DNA of 64,000 nt from Gemmatimonadota bacterium (GTDB lineage: Bacteria; Gemmatimonadota; Gemmatimonadetes; Longimicrobiales; Gaopeijiaceae). A program made the translations under genes and the position numbers. Numbering within the stretch: the first letter of the stretch is position 1; the number at the start of each line of letters is the position of its first letter. This document shows positions 28,061 through 35,885 of this stretch, piece by piece. The notes beneath the pieces are model-generated. The model was not told the DNA's origin. It saw nothing but the letters and a program-made list of their open reading frames with translations, and ran no database searches. Where the stretch lies: the NCBI GenBank assembly GCA_034521595.1, contig JAXHMG010000001.1, positions 52,857-116,856 of the forward strand, in the 5' to 3' direction.

Positions 28061-29380
28061 ATGCTGGTTGTCTTGGCCGAGATTCTCGTCGTCATGATGC
28101 TCGTGATGGCGAACGGTGTTTTGGCCGGCTCGGAGATGGCCCTCGTGTCCGCGGACCGGACACGCCTCCGCTCGCGTGCGGAGTCCGGTGACGCCCGCGC
28201 CACGGCCGCGCTCGAGCTCACCGAATCACCGAACCGCTTCCTTTCGACGGTCCAGATCGGCATCACCGTCGTGGGCGTCACGGCGGGCGCGTTCGGCGGC
28301 ACGGCCCTGGCGGGAAGCTTGACCGAGGGGCTGACTGCCGCCGGGATGTCACCCCGGCGGGCGACGGGTATCGGGATCGCGGTCGTCGTCGGGGCGATCA
28401 TGCTCCTCACCCTCGTGCTGGGTGAGCTCGTCCCCAAGCGACTCGCCCTGGCGAATCCAGAAGGCGCTTCCGTACGGGTCGCGCGGCCCATGCGGCTCGT
28501 GGCCCGCTTGGCTACCCCACTGGTCCACCTTCTGTCGGAAGCCACCGACCTGGTGCTACGGCTCCTTCCGTGGAAGGTCTCCAAACAGCCGACGGTGACG
28601 GCCGAAGACATCGAGCGTCTCGTGGCGGAAGCCACCGCGTCGGGAATTCTCGAGAGGACCGAGCAGGACGTCGTACGGCGGCTCTTCCGTCTCAGCGACC
28701 GTACCGTGGACACGCTCATGACACCACGGGAGCGCATCGCCTGGCTCGACATGGCGGCCGCCCCGGGCGAGCGCCACGCCGGCATGATCGGCTCCGGACA
28801 CTCGCGGTTCATCCTCTGCGACGGCGAGTTGGATCGCGTGCGGGGCTACGTGAAGGTGCAGGACCTCCTCGATCAGGGCCTGCGTGCGAAGGCCTTCGAC
28901 GCGAAGGCGGTCCTACGTCGCCCGCATTTCGTCTCACCGTGGACGCCCGCGTTCCGAATCCTCGAGCGGTTCCAACGCTCGGGCGATCACATCGCCATCG
29001 TGCGGGACGCCTCGGGGAGCGTGGTCGGTCTCGTGACCCTCAACGACATCCTCGAGAACATCGTGGGCGATTTCCCCGAGCCGCACGAGATGCAACCCCC
29101 GAGTGCCGTGCAACGGACGGACGGCTCCTGGCTGGTCGACGGCCTCCTACCCATGGAGGACACCCTTCGACGGCTGGGCCGGCCCCGTTCCGCGGCGGGA
29201 GGGTTTCCCACCATCCACGCGTTCGTGGTTCATCACCTGGGTGAGGATCCGGCCGCGGCCGACGCGTTCGCCTGGGAGGGTATGCGCTTCGAGGTGGTCG
29301 ACATGGACGGGAGCCGGGTGGACAAAGTGCTCGTACAGCTCGACGCCACGAGTGACGCTTCGGACGCCCGCACCTTGTGA
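28061..29380 (+). CDS. CNNM/TlyC-family hemolysin-like protein (DUF21-CBS-CorC_HlyC)
   Basis: 439 aa. N-terminal DUF21 TM domain (LVMANGVLAGSEMALVS), a CBS pair region and a C-terminal CorC/HlyC transporter-associated domain. Confidence 0.85.
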   Translation: MLVVLAEILVVMMLVMANGVLAGSEMALVSADRTRLRSRAESGDARATAALELTESPNRFLSTVQIGITVVGVTAGAFGGTALAGSLTEGLTAAGMSPRRATGIGIAVVVGAIMLLTLVLGELVPKRLALANPEGASVRVARPMRLVARLATPLVHLLSEATDLVLRLLPWKVSKQPTVTAEDIERLVAEATASGILERTEQDVVRRLFRLSDRTVDTLMTPRERIAWLDMAAAPGERHAGMIGSGHSRFILCDGELDRVRGYVKVQDLLDQGLRAKAFDAKAVLRRPHFVSPWTPAFRILERFQRSGDHIAIVRDASGSVVGLVTLNDILENIVGDFPEPHEMQPPSAVQRTDGSWLVDGLLPMEDTLRRLGRPRSAAGGFPTIHAFVVHHLGEDPAAADAFAWEGMRFEVVDMDGSRVDKVLVQLDATSDASDARTL

Positions 29381-29469
29381 CAACCCGCGAGTGCTGGCAA
29401 CGTCCGACCGGAGCACCGTGCTCCCAGGAGGGCACCGTGACTTCAACACACTGCCAGAGGAGACGGACC

Positions 29470-29787
29470 GTGCTGGTTCAGATCAACACCGATAGCAACA
29501 TCGACGCAACCGACGCACTCGATCAGCGCTTGGAGGGGATCGTGGGCGAGGCACTCGATCGGTTCGGCGAGCAACTCACCCGGGTGGAGGTCCACCTCAA
29601 CGACGAGAACAGCAACGCGAAGGGCGGCGACGCGGACATCCGCTGCCTCATCGAGGCTCGGCTCGGTGGACGCCCGCCGAGCGTCGTGACGCATCACGCA
29701 GCGAACGTGGAGCAAGCCACCGAAGGCGCGGCCAGGAAGATGAGGGACAAGCTCGACTCCGTGCTCGGACGTCTCGAGCGGCGCTGA
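29470..29787 (+). CDS. HPF/RaiA-family ribosome-associated factor (short form)
   Basis: GTG at 29470, preceded by GAGGAG 7 nt upstream. VLVQINTDSNIDATDALDQRLEGIVGEALDRFGEQLTRVEVHLNDEN... fits the sigma54-modulation/HPF fold pattern. Confidence 0.65.
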   Translation: MLVQINTDSNIDATDALDQRLEGIVGEALDRFGEQLTRVEVHLNDENSNAKGGDADIRCLIEARLGGRPPSVVTHHAANVEQATEGAARKMRDKLDSVLGRLERR

Positions 29788-29789
29788 CG

Positions 29790-29819
29790 CCACGGGGCCG
29801 GCACGTGCCGGCCCCGTGG
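29790..29819. terminator. bidirectional hairpin between convergent hpf-like gene and tcyP
   Basis: 30-nt perfect palindrome CCACGGGGCCGGCAC/GTGCCGGCCCCGTGG located between the two stop codons (29787 and 29826). No U-tract. Confidence 0.6.
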
Positions 29820-29825
29820 GCGGCC

Positions 29826-31268
29826 TCAGCTCTGTCCGGCCAACGACGGCACGGGCCCGCCCACGCCCGCACGTCCCGGCGCCTCGTCCGCATCGACGAC
29901 GTCGTCGTCCGCCTGGAAGACCTCCATGTCGGTCTCGCCCAACACCCGGCTCGTGGCCGCCCCCGCCGTCATGGAGCCGCTCACGTTGATGGCGGTTCGC
30001 CCCATGTCGATGAGCGGCTCGATGGAGATGAGCAGCCCGGCCAGCGCGACCGGCAGGTTCATGGTGGAGAGCACGATGAGCGCGGCGAAGGTGGCGCCGC
30101 CACCCACCCCGGCGATACCGAACGAGCTGAGGGTGACGACGAGGACGAGCGGCGCCAGGAAACCCAGCGACATGGGGTCGAGCCCCACGCTCGGCGCGAT
30201 CATCACGGCGAGCATGGCCGGGTAGAGGCCGGCGCAGCCGTTCTGTCCGATGGTGGCGCCGAAGCTCGCGGAGAAGTTCGCGACCGCCGGCGAGACGCCC
30301 AATCGGCGGATCTGGTGCTCGATGTTGAGCGGAATGGCGGCAGCGCTCGAGCGGGACGTGAACGCGAACGTCAGCACGGGCCAGATCTTCTTGAAGAAGC
30401 GGGCCGGGTTGAGGCCGGTGAGGCCGAGAACGCCGGCGTGCATGGCGAGGATGAGGGCGAGCCCGAGGTAGGACGCGACGACGAAGCCCATGAGGCCGAG
30501 GATGTCGGAGACGTTCGAGGTCGCGACCACGCGCGTCATCAGCGCGGCCACACCGAAGGGGGTCAGGCGGATGACCATCCGGACCAGGCGCATGACCAGC
30601 CCCTGGAGCGCCTCGATGCCGTCCGTCACGCGGGCTCCGAGCTCCGGATTCTCCTTGCGCAGCCCCAGGGTCGCGATGCCCAGGAGCGAGGCGAACACGA
30701 CCACGCTGATGATCGACGTCGGCTGTGCGCCGGTCAGCTCGTCGAACGCGTTGGTCGGCACGAACGAGAGGAGGAGCTCGGGCACGCTGAGGTCGGCCAC
30801 CTCGCCCTGACGCGCCACCAGGTCCGCGCCCCGCTCGAGCTCCCGAGCGCCCTGCACCAGCCCGTCGGCCGTGAGCCCGAACAGCCGGGTCATCCCGATG
30901 CCGATGACCGCCGAGACGGCCGTGGTCAGCATGAGCACCCCGAGCACCACCGCGCTGATCTTGCCCAGAGAGCGGGCGTCGTCGAGCCGCGTCACCGCCG
31001 AGAGAATCGACACGAGCACCAGCGGCATGACGATCATCTGGAGCAGGCGCACGTACCCGCCGCCCACGAGCCCCACCCACGTCATGGTGTCGTCCACGAC
31101 GGCGTGCTCGAGGCCGTACCCCCACTGGAGCGCGATCCCCAGACAGATCCCCGCCACGAGGCTCATCATCACGTTGTTCGAGAGCGAGGTGCCACCCGCC
31201 TGGCGTCGGGCGAGCCAGACGAGGACGGCGGTAAAAACCGCGAGGTTCGCGAGGAGTGGGATGCTCAT
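29826..31268 (-). CDS. tcyP: L-cystine/dicarboxylate:cation symporter, TcyP/YdjN type (DAACS family)
   Basis: ATG at 31268 with GGAG 6 nt upstream. 480 aa. Blocks YVRLLQMIVMPLVLVSILSAV, LTFAFTSRSSAAAIPLNIE, SFGATIGQNGCAGLYPAMLAVM and GGGATFAALIVL match my recollection of E. coli YdjN/TcyP almost residue for residue. Needs BLAST confirmation. Confidence 0.85.
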   Translation of the reverse strand: MSIPLLANLAVFTAVLVWLARRQAGGTSLSNNVMMSLVAGICLGIALQWGYGLEHAVVDDTMTWVGLVGGGYVRLLQMIVMPLVLVSILSAVTRLDDARSLGKISAVVLGVLMLTTAVSAVIGIGMTRLFGLTADGLVQGARELERGADLVARQGEVADLSVPELLLSFVPTNAFDELTGAQPTSIISVVVFASLLGIATLGLRKENPELGARVTDGIEALQGLVMRLVRMVIRLTPFGVAALMTRVVATSNVSDILGLMGFVVASYLGLALILAMHAGVLGLTGLNPARFFKKIWPVLTFAFTSRSSAAAIPLNIEHQIRRLGVSPAVANFSASFGATIGQNGCAGLYPAMLAVMIAPSVGLDPMSLGFLAPLVLVVTLSSFGIAGVGGGATFAALIVLSTMNLPVALAGLLISIEPLIDMGRTAINVSGSMTAGAATSRVLGETDMEVFQADDDVVDADEAPGRAGVGGPVPSLAGQS

Positions 31269-31308
31269 GGGGAGCTCCGGAGTCGGGCATGCAGATGAAG
31301 GGGGAACG

Positions 31309-31336
31309 AAAAAAGGCCCTCCCGCAGGGGAGGGCC
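31309..31336 (-). terminator. intrinsic terminator (segments 3:4 of the tcyP leader attenuator)
   Basis: The minus strand reads GGCCCTCCC-CTGC-GGGAGGGCC-TTTTTT. It is a 9-bp GC stem, 4-nt loop and U6, about 40 nt upstream of the tcyP ATG. Confidence 0.8.
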
Positions 31337-31366
31337 GGACGGGAGAGCCGGGATGTCCGACTCGGT

Positions 31367-31465
31367 CTACGCGCTCGCGACTCCGCGCACGCGCCCGCCC
31401 GACGCTCCCGGGGGAGCGCCGCAACAACAACAGGAGGCGGTGGCGTTCGTGCGCGTGTGCATCAT
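31367..31465 (-). CDS. Cys-rich leader peptide of tcyP (MMHTRTNATASCCCCGAPPGASGGRVRGVASA)
   Basis: 32-codon ORF ATG ATG ... TCC TGT TGT TGT TGC GGC ... TAG. Four consecutive Cys codons at 31432-31421. It lies between a promoter-like element and the terminator and overlaps the alternative RNA helices. Confidence 0.65.
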   Translation of the reverse strand: MMHTRTNATASCCCCGAPPGASGGRVRGVASA

Positions 31466-31473
31466 CACGTCAG

Positions 31474-31501
31474 GCTATACAGGTCGAAGTGGGTCCGTCA
31501 A
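31474..31501 (-). promoter_or_regulatory. candidate sigma70-type promoter of the tcyP leader (TTGACG-N16-TATAGC)
   Basis: The minus strand reads TTGACG (31501-31496), a 16-nt spacer, then TATAGC (31479-31474). The leader ATG begins 8 nt after the -10, so the leader ORF may be nearly leaderless. Confidence 0.5.
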
Positions 31502-31553
31502 GGGCTCGGGCGGCCCATCGGGACCCCAGGGGCGGCAGGTGCACGGCACTGCC

Positions 31554-32657
31554 TCAGCCCCACCGGAACCGGAGCCGCCCGTCCTCCTCCTCGACGCCCC
31601 CGCCCCACGGGCGGCTTTCCCGGTTCAACGTCCCGGCGAGCCAACGCCGCTCCTCCCGATCCGGTCGCTGAAGGCGAAAGTCCCGGATGCGCATGGGCGT
31701 CATGACCAGCTCCTCCAGCGTACCGGAGGGCGCCAGGCGCGGGAAGTACATGAGGGTCAGCGAACCGCGGTACTCCTCGTGACCGCCGATCCCCTCGTAG
31801 TCGTTGAGGAAGTCTCCGGCGCCGTAGAGGATCAGGCGTCCCTCGTGCACCTCCATCCCCTTGGGGTGGTGGGAGGAGTGGCCGTAAACGACATCGGCCG
31901 CGCCGTGCTCCACGAGCCGGCGAGCGAAGAGACGCTCATCCTCCGGGATCTCGTATCCCCAGTTGCCACCCCAATGCACCGAGACCACGACCCGGTCGGT
32001 CTCCCGGCGTCGGGCCGCCACGTCCTCAGCGACCCGGTCCGCGCCCGACGGGTCCAGGGTCTCCAGGAAGCTGACCCCGGGCCGCTCCGGCCCGGCCTCC
32101 CACGCGGGGAAGACGCCAGCGGTGGGTGAGGCGTACGCGAAGAGCAGAATGCGCCCCCCGGGCGTATCCAGCACGACCGGATTTCCGGCGTCCTCCTCGT
32201 CCTCCCCCGCGCCGCAGGTGGCGATCCCGGCGTCAAGGACGCTACGAAGGGTCTCCCGGAGGCCCTCCCGGCCCCAATCCAGGACGTGGTTGTTCGCCAG
32301 GACCACGGCGTCCAGCCCGACGGCGGTGAGGAGCGGAGCGTTCTGAGGGTGCATCCGGTAGTGGATCGCCTTGTCCGGCCAGGGCTCGCCGTGGGTCGTG
32401 ACCGCCGTCTCCAGGTTCACCACCCGAACGTCCGGCGCCAGGGCCTCGAGCTCCTCCAGTGCGCTGCCCCACACGTAGTCGAAGGCCACCCTCTCGGGAA
32501 TGGATGCGCCGGCCTCCTCGGCGATCCGAACGTAGGTCCGGGCGTCCTTCACATACGGCTCGTGGAGGGTCGGATCCACGGAGTGGGGAAGGACCTGGTC
32601 GATCCCTCGACCCGTCATCACATCGCCCGCCAGAAAGAGGGTCGTCGGGGCGTCCAT
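31554..32657 (-). CDS. CapA-family (poly-gamma-glutamate synthesis-like) metallophosphatase
   Basis: 367 aa. LFLAGDVMTGRGID, VVNLETAVT, ANNHVLDWG, VSVHWGGNWGYE and VYGHSSHH motifs are typical of CapA/YwtB-like PGA_cap proteins. Confidence 0.85.
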   Translation of the reverse strand: MDAPTTLFLAGDVMTGRGIDQVLPHSVDPTLHEPYVKDARTYVRIAEEAGASIPERVAFDYVWGSALEELEALAPDVRVVNLETAVTTHGEPWPDKAIHYRMHPQNAPLLTAVGLDAVVLANNHVLDWGREGLRETLRSVLDAGIATCGAGEDEEDAGNPVVLDTPGGRILLFAYASPTAGVFPAWEAGPERPGVSFLETLDPSGADRVAEDVAARRRETDRVVVSVHWGGNWGYEIPEDERLFARRLVEHGAADVVYGHSSHHPKGMEVHEGRLILYGAGDFLNDYEGIGGHEEYRGSLTLMYFPRLAPSGTLEELVMTPMRIRDFRLQRPDREERRWLAGTLNRESRPWGGGVEEEDGRLRFRWG

Positions 32658-32676
32658 CGGGTCCCCGCGGCCCGAC

Positions 32677-35070
32677 TCAGCTCACCGGTGGCGGCGAGAC
32701 CCGCATGATGAAGAGCCCCTCACGCACGCTGGTGAAGATGACCAAGCCGCTCTCGAAGAACGGATAATTGCTCCAGGCTCCGCTCTGTGTGGCGCTGTGC
32801 CCCGGCTCGTCCTCGTTGTACGGGGCGCTGTCGAAGAACGCGATCTCACGCGGGTCGGTGCGGTCGCTGATGTCGAGCACACGGAGGCCGCTGCCGTAGT
32901 TGGACTGGTACATGCGGTCGCCCTGCACGTACAGGTTGTGGTCCGAGGCCCGCACCGGACCGATGTACTCGTTCGCGACGATCGGGTCGTCGAGCTCGGT
33001 GAGGTCCCAGACGATGGTGCGTGTGCCCTCGACGTTGCCGGCGAGCTCGTCGAGCTCGTCGTTCATGTAGAAGTAACGCTGCTCGTCGTCGAACCATCCC
33101 TGGTGGGTGTAGGCCGCGCTCGGATAGCTCATGCGCGCGATGGTCTCGGGCGCCGTTTTGTCCGTCACGTCGGCGATGTTGATCTCCGACTCGTTGGAGC
33201 CCACGCAGATCTCGCGGCCGCGGTACCGCTCGTCCGGTCCCTCGTAGACGAGGCACTGCGCGTCGTGCGTGTAGCCGCGGCTGTTCTGGCTCTCGTCGTC
33301 GTGATAGCACCCCGCGAAGGTGGGACGCTCCGGATCCCGGGCGTCGACCATGTGGAGCCCACCACCACACGTCTGCCCACCGCCGTTCGCGCCCACGATG
33401 TAGAGGAACTGCGAGGCCGTGTCGGCGACGACGTTGTGGGCGCTGTGGATCTCGTGATAGGTCGTGTCGGGCTCGAAGTCCACGGGCTCGGCTCCCACGT
33501 CCCGAAGGCGCGTGAGATCGAACACCTGCATCCCGTGCGCTCCGGCTCCGTCCGAGACGATGTAGGCGTGGTTCCCGATCACCTTGATGTCGCGCCAGAC
33601 GGACGGTCGCGAGCCGTCGGTGCGCGACAGCGTTCCCATGAGCCGGGGCGCCGAAGGCTCGGTCACGTCGATGAACGAGGCGCCATCCCGCCGGGCCACG
33701 AGCGCGTAGTCGCGGTCGGTCGAGGGGTCGGTCCACCCCCAGACGTCGTTGACCCAGACGCCGCGCTCGCCGCCCAGGTCGCCGATCGGCATGTGTGCCA
33801 CGAGCTCCATGTTCTCGCACGAGAACTCACCGAGCATCCCCTCCTCACAGCGGTCTCCGGCGCTCAGCGTCTCGCCGATCCGGAAGATGCGCCCCTCCAG
33901 AATCTGCTCGGAGCGCCAGCCGTCGCCGGCGCGGCGGAGCGCCATGGCACGGCCTTCCCCGAAATCGCGCATGGGCATCCCCACGACCGCGCGGTCCTGC
34001 GCGGCCGCCAGGGAATAGCCGAAGGTGAGCGGCCACGAGGTGCCGCTGGTGTCGTCCGGGTCGAGACGGGCCACGGCGCTCCAGCCGTCGGCTCCGTCGG
34101 AGGTGAAGCGGTATACCCGGCCGTTCGAGCCGTCCACGCCCGGCGCCCCCACCCACACCTCGTCCTCCACCCTGGCGACGGAATACCCGAACTGGGTGCC
34201 GCTCGGGTCGTGGTACGGACGCAGCGTGCCGGTCGCGCGCCAGCCGTCCGCGTCGTCCCGCTCGAGCACGAAGACCGTGGCCGCGCCCGGCGCGCCGACG
34301 TAGGCACGGTCGCCGCTCATCTCGAGGGCCGCGCCGGCAGCCGCATCCGGGCCGATGGAGCCGGAGGGGAGCTCGACCGTGCGCGGCGTGCTCCACCCGC
34401 CGCCCGCCGTACGTGCGGCCGCATACACCCGGCCCCGGGCCGAGTCCGCCGCCGGCGCCCCGATCAGCAGCCGGTCTCCTTCCCAGCGCAGGGTCCGACC
34501 GAACCCGGTCCCGTCCCCGCCGGATGCCGGCCGGAGCACGCCCTCGAGCTCCCACTCGCCGGCCGTGCGCCGGAAGTGGTAGACCACGCCGGTCCCCTCG
34601 GCGGCGGGCGCGCCGACGAGCAGGTCGTCGCCCGCGAAGGCGAGCGCGACTCCGTATTCGGTGTGATCCGCGTCCCGGGGCGGCTCGATGACGCCCGCCT
34701 CACGCCACGGGCCCTCGGACGAGGCGCGCTCGAACGCGTAGACCACGCCCGAGCCGTCCCGCTTCCGCGGCGCGGCTACGACGAGCGTGTTGCCGTCGAC
34801 GGCGAGCGCCCGACCGAAGTCGTCCATGCGGGAGGAGTCCGGGGCCGCCAGCGTCGCGTGCTCGCGCCACTCTCCGTCTCCGTCCGCGCGGTAGGCGTAG
34901 ACCATGCCGGGGCCGTACCAGTTGACCGGCTGACCCACGAACAGGTCCGAATCCGTCATCGCCATGGCGCGGCCGAAGTTGGGCTCCTGGGCGGCCGCCG
35001 GCGGACTCATCAGGCACGTCGTGCACGCGGCGAGCAGGAGGGCGGCGGTCGTGAGCGGACGATTCTGCAT
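32677..35070 (-). CDS. secreted FG-GAP-like beta-propeller fused to a choice-of-anchor-B/LVIVD-repeat domain
   Basis: ATG at 35070 with signal peptide MQNRPLTTAALLLAACTTCLMSPPAAAQ. At least six repeats of the form FG(R/Y)(A/S)LA..G..L.VGAP....G.VY.F, then a C-terminal half with LVIVD-like beta-propeller blades (HNVVADTASQFLYIVG, GLRVLDISDRTDP). Confidence 0.7.
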   Translation of the reverse strand: MQNRPLTTAALLLAACTTCLMSPPAAAQEPNFGRAMAMTDSDLFVGQPVNWYGPGMVYAYRADGDGEWREHATLAAPDSSRMDDFGRALAVDGNTLVVAAPRKRDGSGVVYAFERASSEGPWREAGVIEPPRDADHTEYGVALAFAGDDLLVGAPAAEGTGVVYHFRRTAGEWELEGVLRPASGGDGTGFGRTLRWEGDRLLIGAPAADSARGRVYAAARTAGGGWSTPRTVELPSGSIGPDAAAGAALEMSGDRAYVGAPGAATVFVLERDDADGWRATGTLRPYHDPSGTQFGYSVARVEDEVWVGAPGVDGSNGRVYRFTSDGADGWSAVARLDPDDTSGTSWPLTFGYSLAAAQDRAVVGMPMRDFGEGRAMALRRAGDGWRSEQILEGRIFRIGETLSAGDRCEEGMLGEFSCENMELVAHMPIGDLGGERGVWVNDVWGWTDPSTDRDYALVARRDGASFIDVTEPSAPRLMGTLSRTDGSRPSVWRDIKVIGNHAYIVSDGAGAHGMQVFDLTRLRDVGAEPVDFEPDTTYHEIHSAHNVVADTASQFLYIVGANGGGQTCGGGLHMVDARDPERPTFAGCYHDDESQNSRGYTHDAQCLVYEGPDERYRGREICVGSNESEINIADVTDKTAPETIARMSYPSAAYTHQGWFDDEQRYFYMNDELDELAGNVEGTRTIVWDLTELDDPIVANEYIGPVRASDHNLYVQGDRMYQSNYGSGLRVLDISDRTDPREIAFFDSAPYNEDEPGHSATQSGAWSNYPFFESGLVIFTSVREGLFIMRVSPPPVS

Positions 35071-35331
35071 GGAGGGCCTCGTATCGATGGAATGTGCACG
35101 CCTGAGAATTACCCGGGTGGCACGCTTCCGGCAACTCCCCCCACCAGCCCTGAAGCAGCACGCGCGCGCAAACCGCGCCGGGCCCGCTCGGGACGCCCCG
35201 GGTGAACACGACGAGGGGTGTCGTGTAGGCAGGCGCACGAGTGTCTTTTTTCACATGCTCGTGGAGCCAACCCTTGCGGCTCCCTCGCAGCGCCGGAAGG
35301 GCGCTCGACGGGCGATCTACAGGAGCAGCGC

Positions 35332-35772
35332 ATGCGCGCATCCACCTTCAAGGCCGCCTTCGTTCCCGCCCTCTTCGTCGCGGTGCCCCTCACTCTTGGT
35401 TGCGGCCCTTCCGACCAGGGGCAGACCGGAACGGGCGAGCAGCCCGGCGGGATGCAGCAGCAACCCGGCCAACCGGGGCAGCCCGGCGGGGGTCAGCAGC
35501 CGAGCGCGGACGTCTCGGACGCGCAGCTCGAGACCATGGCCCAGGTATACGTGGAGATGAGCGACCTCCAGGCCGAAACCGCCGCCGAGGCGGAGGGCGC
35601 GACGCCGGAGGAGCAGAACCAGCTTCAGGCCCAAGCGACCGAGGACATGCAGGGCATCCTGGACGACCACGGCATGACGATCGAAGAGTACCAGCAGATG
35701 GTCCAGCTCCTCAACTCCGATCAGCAGATCCAACAGCGGTTCGAGGAAGTCCTCACCGACATCCAGAACTAA
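35332..35772 (+). CDS. DUF4168-domain lipoprotein (paralog of 27554..28009)
   Basis: ATG at 35332. MRASTFKAAFVPALFVAVPLTLGC lipobox, a Gln/Gly/Pro-rich linker, then VSDAQLETMAQVYVEM...HGMTIEEYQQMVQLLNSDQQIQQRFEEVL. Confidence 0.75.
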   Translation: MRASTFKAAFVPALFVAVPLTLGCGPSDQGQTGTGEQPGGMQQQPGQPGQPGGGQQPSADVSDAQLETMAQVYVEMSDLQAETAAEAEGATPEEQNQLQAQATEDMQGILDDHGMTIEEYQQMVQLLNSDQQIQQRFEEVLTDIQN

Positions 35773-35885
35773 CCCCCCGAGCGCGGACCGTCCCGAGAGC
35801 GTCCCCTTCGTCGTTACGGCGTGGGGGGTGCTCCGGGGCGGGGCGAGCCCGGGACGCTGCGGTATCGACACGCTCCCCGCCACCC

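Noticed and set aside
29394-29412. TGGCAA-containing sequence upstream of the hpf-like gene, as a sigma54 promoter
   Set aside because: There is no GC/TTGC element at the required -12 spacing.
29377-29469. N-terminal 31-aa extension of the HPF-like ORF (start at 29377, overlapping the CNNM stop)
   Set aside because: The extension (MTTRECWQRPTGAPCSQEGTVTSTHCQRRRT) is unlike HPF proteins. A GTG with a good GAGGAG Shine-Dalgarno sequence at 29470 gives the canonical HPF N-terminus.
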